The position numbers were made by a program, and so were the translations under genes. The notes under the pieces were generated by a model. The model saw only the letters and a program-made list of their open reading frames with translations. It ran no database searches and had not been told where the DNA came from. A stretch of DNA of 63,762 nt, the filler included, from Globobulimina sp. (Eukaryota): assembly GCA_003354225.1 (NCBI GenBank). It is 34 parts of 34 records of this genome, joined end to end, with 100 filler letters (N's around TTAATTAATTAA, not from the genome) between each part and the next. Parts side by side here need not be neighbours in the genome. Positions count along the whole stretch, not along the records: positions 61,986 to 63,762 come from PIVH01012066.1; 33 more parts are not named here. The stretch is one strand, 5' to 3'. Numbering within the stretch: the first letter of the stretch is position 1; each line of letters opens with the position of its first letter. Below are positions 63,327 through 63,762 of this stretch, piece by piece.

Positions 63327-63762
63327 ATGGATGAAAGTAAACATGAATTAGCATCATTTAATAATGCTCCGACAGACAATGCCAATGCAGAGGATGACGG
63401 GGAATGGTTGTGTCCGAAATGTCAATCATTTAACAATTTAGCTTGTCATAAATGTATTATATGCAATTTGGATAAAAAATACATAATTTTAGAGACTGAC
63501 TGTTTAGAATATACAAAATGTCAATCAATATCAGAGGAAGTATCAATGATCGGTGCGTATGTTATGGTATTTGGTACAATTATGTTTGGTATTATATGTG
63601 TTGTGGTTGGCACAAATCATCCTAATTTTGCATCATTTTTAATATGTGATATTATTTCTTTATTAATTGCAATTACTTCACTTTATCTCTATAATAAATA
63701 TATTCCATCTCGTAAACAAAGGATGGTCTGTTCGTCGATGATTATTGTCATATTTTCCCCCT
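63327..63762 (+). CDS. RanBP2-type zinc finger membrane protein, 3' partial (not in the ORF track)
   Basis: WLCPKCQSFNNLACHKCIIC matches W-x-C-x2-C-x3-N-x6-C-x2-C; TM segments follow. Confidence 0.75.
   Translation, partial: MDESKHELASFNNAPTDNANAEDDGEWLCPKCQSFNNLACHKCIICNLDKKYIILETDCLEYTKCQSISEEVSMIGAYVMVFGTIMFGIICVVVGTNHPNFASFLICDIISLLIAITSLYLYNKYIPSRKQRMVCSSMIIVIFSP

Overview
This window is not contiguous DNA. It is 34 unrelated contigs of about 1.78 kb, sorted by decreasing length and joined by artificial 100-bp spacers (N44-TTAATTAATTAA-N44). The source is an AT-rich, gene-dense eukaryote with short GT-AG introns (mostly 51-70 bp) and very short intergenic gaps. Polyubiquitin with an extra Ala between monomers and a divergent beta2-type tubulin point to a rhizarian, most likely a foraminiferan. 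Recognisable genes, mostly partial: acyl-CoA synthetase, amino-acid transporters, beta-tubulin, NIT2, sterol desaturase, DUF3638, MYND, polyubiquitin, C-type lectin, LRR protein, INTS6, HACD, TECR, glycerate kinase, NhaA, P4H, a chromodomain protein, H3, actin, sulfotransferase and a hemerythrin-like protein. Most notable: (1) a spliced, in-frame fusion of an N-terminal domain, actin residues ~1-55 with the D-loop, and a vWA domain; (2) adjacent co-oriented TECR and HACD genes, with HACD carrying an extra C-terminal domain; (3) two contigs that close into 1,659-bp circles; (4) a nested non-autonomous transposon stack; (5) a possible ADP-ribosyltransferase-like family; (6) several bacterial-type genes. 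Several contigs look like amplification or assembly chimeras, so every adjacency needs read-level checking. All family calls come from motif recognition, not database searches.
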